Source of the DNA: an uncultured bacterium
GTDB taxonomy: Bacteria > Desulfobacterota > DSM-4660 > Desulfatiglandales > JALVMZ01
DNA: 64,000 bases
Direction of reading: 5' to 3'
NCBI GenBank assembly: GCA_965613025.1
Contig: CBFDUE010000002.1
Span: 13,974 to 77,973, forward strand
A model generated the notes under the pieces. It did not search any database, was not told where the DNA came from, and saw only the letters and a program-made list of their open reading frames with translations. Of this stretch, positions 53,603-63,561 are shown piece after piece (within the stretch, counting starts at the first letter, position 1; every line of letters starts with the position of its first letter). Position numbers and translations under genes: made by a program.

Positions 53603-54964
53603 ATGCCAAAGGCAAAGGTAAAGGATATATCAGAGCAATTAAAGATACCACCACACAATATTGAGGCAGAGCAGGCAATCCTTGCTGGGATATTAATAAA
53701 TAATGAGGCCATAAACCATGTAATAGATCTTCTATCTCCAGAGGATTTCTATAGGGACTCTCATAAATATATATATGAGACCATGCTGGAACTTTTCCAC
53801 TCTGATGACTCCATTGATCTGATCACCTTGAGTCAATTGCTGGATAGCAAAAAGCTGTTGGATAAGGTAGGCGGTAAGGAGTATCTCATATCCCTTGCAG
53901 AGGCGGTATCCACCTCCGCAGGTATGTTACACTATGCAAGGATTGTGAAGGATCTTTCCATAAGAAGAAAGTTGATAAACCAGTGTTCCATTATATCAGA
54001 TTCCTGCTTTCATGGCCTACATGAGACTGAAGAGCTCTTGGATATGGCAGAGCAGGGTATATTTGATATAGCAGAAGAAAAGATAAGAGATGATTTTTCC
54101 TCCATGGAAGATGTGATAAACAGAAGTTTTAAAAAGCTTGAAAGTGTGGCAGAACACGACGGATTTATAACAGGTATCCCAACAGGCTTTGTAGACTTTA
54201 ATAGATACACTGCCGGGCTTCAGCCAGGAGAGCTTATTATAATAGCTGGAAGACCGGGGATGGGAAAGACCGCCCTTGCAATAAATATTGGCTATCATGC
54301 AGCGGATAAGACAAGGCGGGGGGTTGCCATTTTTTCCCTTGAGATGTCCAAGATACAGCTTGGTATGAGACTGCTGGGAATGTGTGCAGGCATTAATGGG
54401 TCCAAATTAAGGACAGGCTATCTGAGCCATAGCGATTGGGAAAGGCTCACCGAGGCAGCAGACCATCTATCTGAGCTTCCCATATTCATTGATGACTCAT
54501 CTGCACTGAGTGTACTGGAGATCAAGGCCAAGTGCAGAAGACTTAAAAGGAAAAGTGATCTTGCTCTTATCATAGTTGACTATCTTCAATTGATCCAAGG
54601 AAGAAAGAGTGCAGAGTCCCGTCAGATTGAGATATCTGAGATATCCAGAGGACTAAAGGCCCTTGCTAAGGATATGGATGTTCCTGTAATTGCAGTATCT
54701 CAGCTAAACAGAAGGGTAGAGGAGAGAGGGAACAAGAGGCCCATGCTTTCAGACCTAAGAGAGAGTGGTGCCATTGAACAGGATGCAGATATAATTATGT
54801 TTATCTATAGGGATGAGGTGTATAATCCCAATACCGATCAAAAAAATATTGCAGAGATCACTATTGCAAAGCATAGAAATGGAGATACCGGAAAGTTCAA
54901 TCTCATATATGAAAAGGAATTTACACGTTTCAGAGATTACTCCCTCCACGATGAATTACAATAG
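53603..54964 (+). CDS. dnaB: Replicative DNA helicase
   Basis: PPHNIEAEQAILAGIL and Walker A GRPGMGKTA. 453 aa with no intein. Confidence 0.9.
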   Translation: MPKAKVKDISEQLKIPPHNIEAEQAILAGILINNEAINHVIDLLSPEDFYRDSHKYIYETMLELFHSDDSIDLITLSQLLDSKKLLDKVGGKEYLISLAEAVSTSAGMLHYARIVKDLSIRRKLINQCSIISDSCFHGLHETEELLDMAEQGIFDIAEEKIRDDFSSMEDVINRSFKKLESVAEHDGFITGIPTGFVDFNRYTAGLQPGELIIIAGRPGMGKTALAINIGYHAADKTRRGVAIFSLEMSKIQLGMRLLGMCAGINGSKLRTGYLSHSDWERLTEAADHLSELPIFIDDSSALSVLEIKAKCRRLKRKSDLALIIVDYLQLIQGRKSAESRQIEISEISRGLKALAKDMDVPVIAVSQLNRRVEERGNKRPMLSDLRESGAIEQDADIIMFIYRDEVYNPNTDQKNIAEITIAKHRNGDTGKFNLIYEKEFTRFRDYSLHDELQ

Positions 54965-55087
54965 AGGAGGTATGGTATAGATAGACTCTTTGGTAAGACA
55001 TGTGGCCTTAGGGCAAGGCAAATCAAAGAGCTTAAAAAGATCTATAGAAAGAGGATACCTCCAACAGAGATTATAACAAGGGAACTC

Positions 55088-56683
55088 TTGCGGACTATAT
55101 CCAGAATATCAAGGGAGATAAAGAGACAGATAGGTCTTCTCATTTCCAGAAAAGGCGATATAACCCATATAATTGTGGGCGATCATCAGAGGATCCTTAT
55201 TCCCGAACTTGGAAGAATTAGAGGTGGCACCCAGAGACTCAGGGGATTGAGATGTGTGCATACCCACCTCCGATATGAGCCCCTCTCCCAGGAGGATGTA
55301 ACCGATATGATTCTCCTGGGCTTAGATATGATGGTGGTTGCTCAGGTAAATGAGGACGGGATACCAGGGAAGATTTCTTATTCTCATATATTGCCCTTAG
55401 CAGAAAAGGGGAGGGGATATGATATAGTGGATCTTCCAGATATCGGGCAACTGAATCTGGATTTCCAGTCATTTATAGCTAACTTAGAGGATGAGATAAA
55501 TAGGAGAAACCCGGTTATTCCACTCAGATCTAAAGAAAAGGCCCTGCTTGTTGGGATAAGTACCAATTCATCCAAGATGGTTGAAGAGTCCTTAGAGGAG
55601 CTTAAAGAGCTTGCTATCTCTAATGATATTCATGTGGTAGGCACAATGATCCAGAGGGTCAGACAGATCAATCCCCGATTCTTCATAGGTAAGGGGAAAT
55701 TGAGCGAGCTGGTGTTGAGATGTCTTCAGGAAGGTGCCGATCTGATCATATTTGATAGGGAATTAAATCCAAGTCAGCTGAGAAACTTAACCGATGCCAC
55801 AGATCTTAAAATTACAGATAGAACAAAGATCATACTGGATATCTTTGCCAAGAGGGCAGTAAGCAGAGAAGGAAAGATTCAGGTTGAACTTGCACAGCTA
55901 AAATATCTGCTTCCCCGACTCACCCATCGCTGGGCAGAGCTTTCTAGGATATCAGGGGGGATAGGTGCAAGGGGGCCTGGAGAGAAAAAGCTTGAGGTGT
56001 ATCGCAGATCCATACATGAAAGGATTACAAGGTTAAAGAGGGAACTAAAAGAGATCAGAAGACAGCGTGGAGAGCGAAGAAGGCTCAGAAAGAAAAGAGA
56101 TCTACCGGTTATATCCATTGTAGGTTATACAAATGCAGGTAAATCCACACTGCTTAATTCATTAACAAAGAGTCATGTAAAGGTTGAAGATAAGCTGTTT
56201 GCCACCTTGGATCCAACAAGCAAGAGGTTAAGATTCCCTAAGGAGAGGGAGGCTATAATTACAGATACAGTGGGATTTATAAGGAATCTTCCTGAAGACC
56301 TCTTAGAGGCATTTAGTGCCACCTTGGAGGAGCTCAAGGAGGCAGCCCTTCTATTACATGTATTGGATGCCAGTAGTCCATATCTGGATATACACAAAGA
56401 GGCGGTGGAAAAGATACTTCAAAGACTCGGGCTTCATACTATCCCCAGGATATTGGTGCTCAATAAATGGGATCTTTTAGATCAGTCAGATAAAGAAAAG
56501 ATTCTACTTAACTTTGACGGAATACCCATCGCTGCCATTAATCCATCCACTCTGATTCCGCTAATATCTGAGATGGAAAGACTTCTATATGGAAAAGCTC
56601 TTCCAGCTTCGGGATCTATAAATTCTGCCTCCCCTTTCAATAAGCAGACAGTGGTATCTTCTAAGACTATTTATAAAATGTAG
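55088..56683 (+). CDS. hflX: GTPase HflX (long form); the true start is probably upstream, see findings
   Basis: HflX N-domain ([28 protein letters not shown]) and G1 motif [10 protein letters not shown]. The frame is open back to 54965. Confidence 0.85.
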   Translation: MRTISRISREIKRQIGLLISRKGDITHIIVGDHQRILIPELGRIRGGTQRLRGLRCVHTHLRYEPLSQEDVTDMILLGLDMMVVAQVNEDGIPGKISYSHILPLAEKGRGYDIVDLPDIGQLNLDFQSFIANLEDEINRRNPVIPLRSKEKALLVGISTNSSKMVEESLEELKELAISNDIHVVGTMIQRVRQINPRFFIGKGKLSELVLRCLQEGADLIIFDRELNPSQLRNLTDATDLKITDRTKIILDIFAKRAVSREGKIQVELAQLKYLLPRLTHRWAELSRISGGIGARGPGEKKLEVYRRSIHERITRLKRELKEIRRQRGERRRLRKKRDLPVISIVGYTNAGKSTLLNSLTKSHVKVEDKLFATLDPTSKRLRFPKEREAIITDTVGFIRNLPEDLLEAFSATLEELKEAALLLHVLDASSPYLDIHKEAVEKILQRLGLHTIPRILVLNKWDLLDQSDKEKILLNFDGIPIAAINPSTLIPLISEMERLLYGKALPASGSINSASPFNKQTVVSSKTIYKM

Positions 56684-57616
56684 TCCCCTATCTGGCCCCA
56701 TAACAAAGACTCCTGTAGAGAGTGCATCTGCCTCCATCACCGTGGGTGCAATCACCGATACACTGGAAAGTCTCAGAGGAGAGAGTCCTGTTTTAGGATC
56801 AACTATGTGATGAAAGAGTCTTTCTTTATCAAAATATACCTCATAATTTCCAGATGTGGCAATTGCCCCTTCACTTAGTTTAATCACATCAGGCCATTTA
56901 GAGTCCTTTTGGGGATCTTGAACAGCTATCTTCCAGGCCTCCCTTTTATAATTTTTCCCTGTTGCCCTTATATCTCCACCGGCATTTATAAGAAAATTTT
57001 TAACTCCTTCCCTTTTTAAGACATCAGATGCTCTGTCTACGATATATCCCTTAGCAATACCATCTAAGGTAATCCCCATACCTTCCTTTTTGAATCTGAT
57101 CTCTCCAGCTCCTATCTCTATATTTCTATACCCTACCTTATCTAATGCCCTTTTGAGAATGGTATCAGGGATATCTAAGTCCTCCCCTTTTATATATCTT
57201 TCCTTAAAGAGATCCACCACAGGTTTTACTGTTATATCAAATGCCCCTTTTGTAAGCCTGCTAAAATATATGGACTCCCTTATGGTGTCAAGTAACTCTG
57301 GGCAACAGCCCTTAATCTTACCCTCCCTATTTAATTGAAAGACCTCAGTGCCACTTTCAAATCTGCTAAGTATCCTACATAGCCTATCTATGGTGTCAAA
57401 GGCCCTTCCTATTGCCTCATCTGCCCTATCTTTTGAAGGATCTATTACAATAATATTTACAAAGGTTCCCATCTTGATCTTCATACGGGATACCTTATAT
57501 AGGGAACGATCAAATCTTACTGCCTCTGAAATCGAAGGGAAAAACGCGCTTGTCCATATGCCCAGCCCCAATATCCCTGAAATCCTTAAAAATTCTCTTC
57601 TTCCCATATCCTTCAT
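56585..57616 (-). CDS. apbE: FAD:protein FMN transferase
   Basis: Tat-like signal [15 protein letters not shown] and the ApbE family pattern (MGTFVNI..., GIAKGY.VD). Confidence 0.85.
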   Translation of the reverse strand: MKDMGRREFLRISGILGLGIWTSAFFPSISEAVRFDRSLYKVSRMKIKMGTFVNIIVIDPSKDRADEAIGRAFDTIDRLCRILSRFESGTEVFQLNREGKIKGCCPELLDTIRESIYFSRLTKGAFDITVKPVVDLFKERYIKGEDLDIPDTILKRALDKVGYRNIEIGAGEIRFKKEGMGITLDGIAKGYIVDRASDVLKREGVKNFLINAGGDIRATGKNYKREAWKIAVQDPQKDSKWPDVIKLSEGAIATSGNYEVYFDKERLFHHIVDPKTGLSPLRLSSVSVIAPTVMEADALSTGVFVMGPDRGLHFINSLRRYHCLLIERGGRIYRSRSWKSFSI

Positions 57617-57637
57617 GTCATTCCTCCTGAAAATCTC

Positions 57638-58498
57638 CTAAGCTACCTCTTTTAATATACCATCTTTAATATCCTTTTTAAAAGGACGAAATATCTTTCT
57701 GGGACACTTCTTTACACAGATCTCCTCACAACTCTCCCCATATTGTATGCATTTTTCATGGTCTATCTTGACCAATCCATCCTCAATGCTGACTGCCTTT
57801 GCAGGACATACCTTTACACACATCCTGCATGTTATACATCCAACCTCACAAACACCTCTGACCTTTTTCCCTGGATCCTTGGTGCTACATGGAACCCAGA
57901 CCCTTGCCTTAAGAGGAATAAGCTCAATTATCCCCTTAGGACATGTCCTTACACATGCTCCACACCCAACACACTTATGAGGATCTATAACAGGGAATCC
58001 ATCAATTATCTCAATTGCATCAAAGTGACATGCCTCTTTACATTCTCCCATTCCAATGCATGCATAGGCACATGCAAAAGGACCTCCTAAGGCTAACTTT
58101 GCGCCACTACAAGATCCATAGCCTATATATTCATATCTCTGCCTCACCTTTCCCTCTATCCTGGAGCATCTCACTGCTGCAATCATATTCTCCATCTTCT
58201 CTATCTTCTTTCCTGTTATCTCCGCAACCAGCTCTGCCACCTCTTCTTTCCCAGGAAAGCATAGATTTGGGGGAACATTTGGATCATTTACCACTGCCTC
58301 TGCATATGCCTCACACCCTGCATAACCGCATCCACCACAATTAGCACCTGCCAATACCTCTAATACCTCTTCTACCTTTGGATTGGTCTCCACTGCAAAT
58401 TTATGGGCTGCAAGGGCAAGTCCGATTCCAAAAAAAAGCCCTATGGAACCCAATACCGCCAGTCCACCTAAGGCCAATTTTATCAAGATGGGATCCAT
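57638..58498 (-). CDS. rnfB: Rnf complex subunit B
   Basis: N-terminal TM helix, the CGGCGYAGC cluster and several CxxCxxCxxxCP ferredoxin motifs. Confidence 0.9.
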   Translation of the reverse strand: MDPILIKLALGGLAVLGSIGLFFGIGLALAAHKFAVETNPKVEEVLEVLAGANCGGCGYAGCEAYAEAVVNDPNVPPNLCFPGKEEVAELVAEITGKKIEKMENMIAAVRCSRIEGKVRQRYEYIGYGSCSGAKLALGGPFACAYACIGMGECKEACHFDAIEIIDGFPVIDPHKCVGCGACVRTCPKGIIELIPLKARVWVPCSTKDPGKKVRGVCEVGCITCRMCVKVCPAKAVSIEDGLVKIDHEKCIQYGESCEEICVKKCPRKIFRPFKKDIKDGILKEVA

Positions 58499-58513
58499 CC
58501 TCTCTTTCCCCCT

Positions 58514-59458
58514 TTAAAATAGACTCATACCACTAAATCCCATAAATGCAAGTGCAAATAGACCTGCTACCACAAACGCTATGGGAAGTCCTCTGTAGGT
58601 TGGAGGCACATTTGCAAGCTCAAGTCTCTCCCTGACCGATGACATAAGAAACAGGGCAATCAGAAAGCCAAGCCCTGCACCCAATGACAGCATAAAGCTC
58701 TCAATAGCATTATATTCATTATCTGCAAGGATCAAAGGAACTGCCAATATGATACAATTTGCTATTACAAGCACAAGATACACACCAAATGCCTTAAAAA
58801 GAGCCGGATTGATCTTTCTCAATATGGTATCCACTGCCTGAACAGACAGAGAGACCAATCCAATAAAGACTATTATCTGTAAGAACCTTAGATTAAAGGG
58901 CTTGAGTATAAACTGATACATAAACCATGACATCATTGATGCAAAGACAATCACAATGGTAAATGTGATTCCCATTCCTATTGCAGTGCTCTTTCTGCGA
59001 GATGTTCCAAAAAATACGCAAAGTCCTAAGTATTTTGTAAATACAAAGTTCTGAATCAGCATGGCAGCAATAAGTATGTTAAATACAATTCCAAAATATA
59101 GCTTTTTAACTGATACAATGGCAGTCCCTAAGTCTCTTCCATCTGATACGATATTCTTCAAGGTAAGGATATGTTCCTGATTCCTATTTAACTCATCATA
59201 TGTCTGAATCATAAGGATTAACCTGTCTTCCGAAAGCTCCACATCTTTAATAGGAATCAGGATGTCAGGATCTGGCTTTTCATAGAGTTCAAAGTTACCC
59301 TTATCCTTTGCCCATTTAATATCTACAGGGCCTGCAAAATAGACCTCTATTGCATTTTCCCCCTTAAAGGCCACCTTTTTAATAAATGGGTGCTCTTTCT
59401 TACACCCCCCTATTGAAATCAATACTAAAAGCAGAATTAAAAATAGCCTCTCTTTCAT
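58514..59458 (-). CDS. rnfA: Rnf complex subunit A with an N-terminal lipoprotein-type periplasmic extension of about 120 aa
   Basis: The C-terminal roughly 190 aa are RnfA (IQNFVFTKYLGLCVFFGTSRRKSTAIGMG). The N-terminus has the signal plus lipobox LISIGGC and a beta-rich domain. There is no in-frame ATG/GTG/TTG at the junction. Confidence 0.85.
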   Translation of the reverse strand: MKERLFLILLLVLISIGGCKKEHPFIKKVAFKGENAIEVYFAGPVDIKWAKDKGNFELYEKPDPDILIPIKDVELSEDRLILMIQTYDELNRNQEHILTLKNIVSDGRDLGTAIVSVKKLYFGIVFNILIAAMLIQNFVFTKYLGLCVFFGTSRRKSTAIGMGITFTIVIVFASMMSWFMYQFILKPFNLRFLQIIVFIGLVSLSVQAVDTILRKINPALFKAFGVYLVLVIANCIILAVPLILADNEYNAIESFMLSLGAGLGFLIALFLMSSVRERLELANVPPTYRGLPIAFVVAGLFALAFMGFSGMSLF

Positions 59459-60084
59459 CTCCGCTCCCTTCTTCTCTTATATACGATCTCCACATAGTTA
59501 AAGAGTGCCATCATAATTCCTACACAGAAAAATCCCGCAGCAGGCAGAACAAAAAACAGCAGTGGCCTAAAACCCAGGATATCATGTCCAAATAGCTTTC
59601 CCATGCCTAAGAGCTCTCTTACAAATCCTAAGGACATCATACCAAACATAAACCCCAGTCCCATACCCAGACCATCCCAAAAAGAGGGGACAAGATCATT
59701 TTTACATGCAAACATCTCCAGACGCATGGTGATAATTGCAAAGGCAACGATCAGTTTTACAAATATGCCCATCTCCTTATATGCCGCAGGCACATATGCC
59801 GCAAGCACCATATCTATTACAGTTACCCATGTGGCAATGGTCAAAGTATAGGTGGGAATCCTTATCCTTGGATGTATATAGTCTTTGATAAGTGATATAG
59901 TGCAACTGGAAAATACCTGAACAAAAAGCACAGCAATACCTAAGAGAAATCCATTCATCAAAGTGGTGCTTATCCCTACAGCAGGACACATGGAAAGGGC
60001 GAGCCTGAATATGGGATTTTCATTAAATATTCCATTTAAGAAAAGCTCCTTATTACTCTTTCTCCTCCTTGGCAACTCTCTCAC
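59455..60084 (-). CDS. rnfE: Rnf complex subunit E
   Basis: NENPIFRLALSMCPAVGIST is typical of RnfE. Confidence 0.9.
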   Translation of the reverse strand: MRELPRRRKSNKELFLNGIFNENPIFRLALSMCPAVGISTTLMNGFLLGIAVLFVQVFSSCTISLIKDYIHPRIRIPTYTLTIATWVTVIDMVLAAYVPAAYKEMGIFVKLIVAFAIITMRLEMFACKNDLVPSFWDGLGMGLGFMFGMMSLGFVRELLGMGKLFGHDILGFRPLLFFVLPAAGFFCVGIMMALFNYVEIVYKRRRERR

Positions 60085-60098
60085 TCCTCTATCTTGGT

Positions 60099-61013
60099 CT
60101 ATGAAAAAGGAACTTCTATCTCTTGTTGCTCTATTATTCTATCTAACATTCCCATACGATATACAAAATTCTTTACCATCTTTTTAACGCCATTGGTAAC
60201 GGATCTGCTGGAGATTGTAGCCCCTGTTATAGCATATATATCGTCATCTCTGTATTTTTCCCTGATCTTCTGAATCTGATCCTGTGGAATCCCCTTTGCA
60301 AGCCTTTTCATCTCTAAATATAGCTTATAGTCTTCAGGAAGGGGCTTTTTTATTACCTTTAATGTCTTAATCCTTTCAAGGCTCTTATCCCTGAATTGAT
60401 TTTTAAAATAGTCCTGTTCAATCTCACCTCCAAGCCCCGGGTCCTCTTCATGTTCCATAATCTCAAGGCCCAAGATGGTAAATTTGGGATCCAATGCAAG
60501 CATTACCTTTATAAAGGTCTTAAATCCAGGAAAGCGTCCGGGTAATAGATATGCAACCCTCTTTCCACCCTGCTCTGCAATTATAAACATATCTGCATAA
60601 TTAAATCCGCTATAATCCTTTAAGGCAGAGTTCAATACCTTCTTCCTGTTTCCCATCTCAAATGCCTCTTCTTGCCCGATATCCAACCTGACACTATCTA
60701 TGTATCTTCCTTTGAGGTCCATAATGATCATCTGATGGAAAGATCCCTCTTTACCCTCCTTTGGCACCATATATCCCATATATCTTTTTCTGTCTTTGAA
60801 GATGATATACCTATAAATAGTGTAAAGTTTTAGATCCTCAGGAGGTGGATTCTCTTTTCCATATCCCAAAAGACCCAACATGGTCTCCTCAAATTCCATA
60901 TGCTCATTATGTTTTCTTGCCTTATCAGTTAAGACAAACACCCCACCCATTACAAATGCAGCTAACAGGCAGGATATGGTAAGCCTAAAGGTAATCTTTA
61001 ATATCTCGTTCAT
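60099..61013 (-). CDS. rnfG: Rnf complex subunit G (long form, 304 aa)
   Basis: N-terminal TM helix and a C-terminal FMN-binding domain with the flavinylation motif AITGATISS. Confidence 0.85.
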   Translation of the reverse strand: MNEILKITFRLTISCLLAAFVMGGVFVLTDKARKHNEHMEFEETMLGLLGYGKENPPPEDLKLYTIYRYIIFKDRKRYMGYMVPKEGKEGSFHQMIIMDLKGRYIDSVRLDIGQEEAFEMGNRKKVLNSALKDYSGFNYADMFIIAEQGGKRVAYLLPGRFPGFKTFIKVMLALDPKFTILGLEIMEHEEDPGLGGEIEQDYFKNQFRDKSLERIKTLKVIKKPLPEDYKLYLEMKRLAKGIPQDQIQKIREKYRDDDIYAITGATISSRSVTNGVKKMVKNFVYRMGMLDRIIEQQEIEVPFS

Positions 61014-61023
61014 CTCCTAATTC

Positions 61024-62067
61024 CTACCCACTCTTTAATGCCTCCTTTGGAGGCGCAAACCTCTCTGGTCTAATCAGTTCATCTAAGACTGGAGCCAGAG
61101 GATTCATAAGTAGTATGGCGTAACACACACCCTCTGGATATCCGCCCTTAAGACGTATAAGCACAGTAAGTGCTCCACAGCCAATTCCAAATATCAGTTT
61201 TCCCTTTGGAAGGCTGGGAGAGGTAACATAGTCAGTTGCCATGAAAAATGCACCAAGCATCACACCTCCTGAAAGCACCGCCAGAAGTGGATCTCCGCTG
61301 AAATAGCCTTCACCTCCAAATACCCAGGTTAGCACAGCTATGGTGCCTATCATACTGACCGGTATATGCCAGGTGATATATCTTTTATATATAAGATACA
61401 ATCCTCCCAAGAGAAGCAGAAATGCAGAGGTCTCTCCGATACACCCAGGTCTAAATCCTATGAAGAAGTCCCTGTATATAGTTGAAAGATTCCCAAATTT
61501 TTCTATAACTGCAGCTATTCCATAATGTTTAAGGATATATAGGGGGGTAGCGGTGCTTACCGCATCCACACCGCTTCCCATATAGGTAAAGATATCCAGC
61601 CTTCTAAGTGGAGGAAGCCATGCAGAGGTCATTGCCACAGGAAATGTGGCAAGTAAAAATGCCCTTCCAATGAGGGCAGGATTAAAGATATTAAATCCTA
61701 ATCCTCCCATAAGCTGTTTTGCCACATATATGGCAACCATACCACCCAAGATGGGAATCCAATATGGCACCCCGGGTGGTATTACATAAGCGAGTAACAT
61801 TCCAGTAATTACAGCACTTCCATCCCTAATCGTTATGGGCCTATGAAGCAACTTTTGTGATATGGCCTCTGTGGCAACACAGCTACCCACACTTATTAGG
61901 GTTATAATCAGTGTTTGAAATCCAAATACAAAGATGGAAAGCAAAAGCGGTGGGACAAGGCATGCAACCACCGTCCACATAATCCTTTCAACAGACTCTC
62001 CGCTCTTTATATGGGGAGATACCGATACCTTCCAAAAAAAGCCCTTTTCTCTGTTTTCATTTTCCAT
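61024..62067 (-). CDS. rnfD: Rnf complex subunit D
   Basis: NQR2/RnfD polytopic protein with the motif DAVSTATPL. Confidence 0.9.
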   Translation of the reverse strand: MENENREKGFFWKVSVSPHIKSGESVERIMWTVVACLVPPLLLSIFVFGFQTLIITLISVGSCVATEAISQKLLHRPITIRDGSAVITGMLLAYVIPPGVPYWIPILGGMVAIYVAKQLMGGLGFNIFNPALIGRAFLLATFPVAMTSAWLPPLRRLDIFTYMGSGVDAVSTATPLYILKHYGIAAVIEKFGNLSTIYRDFFIGFRPGCIGETSAFLLLLGGLYLIYKRYITWHIPVSMIGTIAVLTWVFGGEGYFSGDPLLAVLSGGVMLGAFFMATDYVTSPSLPKGKLIFGIGCGALTVLIRLKGGYPEGVCYAILLMNPLAPVLDELIRPERFAPPKEALKSG

Positions 62068-62088
62068 ATCTTATTACCCTATGATAGC

Positions 62089-63411
62089 TCACCTCTTTAT
62101 CTTTGCCTTTGCAAGTCTGATAAATTGAACTAAAGGCCTCTTTGCAGGGCATACATATGCGCAACAGCCACATTCAAAACATTCAAATACCCCAAACTGA
62201 GCTGTCTCCTCCGCCTTTCCTGCCTCCACATATATCCCTATCTCATTGGGTGAAAGGCCCATGGGACAGGCCTCTAAGCACCAGCCACATCTAATACAGT
62301 TCCCATAGGGCCGAGTATCTATCTCATCTTCTGTTAAGAATAGCACACCTGACGTGGTCTTGGTTATAGGAATATCCAGATCGCTGATTGCAAATCCCAT
62401 CATAGGCCCACCAAACACCACCTTGGAGCATTCCTCTTTTAGCCCCCCTAAGTAAGAGACGATATCCTTAAGTCTGGTTCCAATCCTGACCTTCAGATTT
62501 GCAACCCTATTTATTCCTCTTCCTGAAACCGTGAGAATCTTTTCATATAGAGGCTTTTTAAACACCACAGCATCGTAAATTGCCTTTGTGGTTCCCACAT
62601 TCTGAACCACAACGCCCACATCAAAGGGAAGCCCAAATCCAGGGACCTTTCTTCCGGTAATACTCTGAATTAACTGCTTTTCAGAACCCTGTGGATATTT
62701 TACCTTCAAGGCCTTAACCTCTATATGAAATCCATTTTCCCTATCTCCTTCTATGACACTTTTAAGGGTTTCAATTGCATCCATCTTGTTGGCTTCAACC
62801 CCTATATAACATCTATCAATCCCTAAGATCTTAAGGATAATCTTTGCCCCTTCAATTACCTCATGGGCATATTCAAGCATGATCCTGTGGTCTGTGGTGA
62901 GATACGGTTCACACTCTGCCCCATTCAGGATCAGTGTATCCACTCTTGCCTCTGGCGGGGGTGATAACTTTACATGGGTGGGAAAACCAGCTCCACCAAG
63001 ACCCACAATACCAGCGGCCTTTACCCTTTCAAGCAGTTCTTCCTTAGATAGCTCCCTCCATTCCTCTTTGTCATATTTAGCGGGTTCGGCTTCACTATCT
63101 CTTCTTATGGTGATTGAGGGTGTTACAACAGATACAGGATTTGTAGAAACCCCTATATCCACTACCTTTCCACCGATACTTGCATGAATTGTCGCCCCTA
63201 AGCCCCCCTTTACTTCACCAATAAGATCTCCCTCCTTAACCTCTGCCTTTTTCTTTACAATTGCACTTGCAGGAGCTCCGAAATGCTGTTGGAGTAATAT
63301 ATCCACCTCCTCAGACAGAGGCATCTCCTCTATGGGTAGAGACTCTGTCAGCTCTTTATTTTCTGGAGGGTGAATTCCGCCTTTTGGAAATGTAAAAAGT
63401 CCTTCATTCAT
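62089..63411 (-). CDS. rnfC: Rnf complex subunit C
   Basis: GLGGAGFPTHVKL plus two ferredoxin motifs, CIRCGWCLEACP and CFECGCCAYVCP. The start is taken at MNEGLFTFPKGGIHPP (63411). The ORF-track extension to 63486 is AT-rich and low-complexity. Confidence 0.9.
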   Translation of the reverse strand: MNEGLFTFPKGGIHPPENKELTESLPIEEMPLSEEVDILLQQHFGAPASAIVKKKAEVKEGDLIGEVKGGLGATIHASIGGKVVDIGVSTNPVSVVTPSITIRRDSEAEPAKYDKEEWRELSKEELLERVKAAGIVGLGGAGFPTHVKLSPPPEARVDTLILNGAECEPYLTTDHRIMLEYAHEVIEGAKIILKILGIDRCYIGVEANKMDAIETLKSVIEGDRENGFHIEVKALKVKYPQGSEKQLIQSITGRKVPGFGLPFDVGVVVQNVGTTKAIYDAVVFKKPLYEKILTVSGRGINRVANLKVRIGTRLKDIVSYLGGLKEECSKVVFGGPMMGFAISDLDIPITKTTSGVLFLTEDEIDTRPYGNCIRCGWCLEACPMGLSPNEIGIYVEAGKAEETAQFGVFECFECGCCAYVCPAKRPLVQFIRLAKAKIKR

Positions 63412-63561
63412 GCTAAAATAGTAAAAAGAATTATTTATAAAAAGTTTGAAGTTTTGGTATGTAAAAAGTTTATTATTCCATGTCAAGTAATTTTTTTAAA
63501 ATCAGTTGTCATTTTTATTCATTTATAGTATCTAAAACTAAAATAATAAGGAGGATGAGTC

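Noticed and set aside
63412-63486. N-terminal extension of rnfC (MTWNNKLFTYQNFKLFINNSFYYFS)
   Set aside because: It is AT-rich, low-complexity sequence typical of a promoter region. RnfC homologs begin near the FPKGGIHPP motif that follows ATG 63411.
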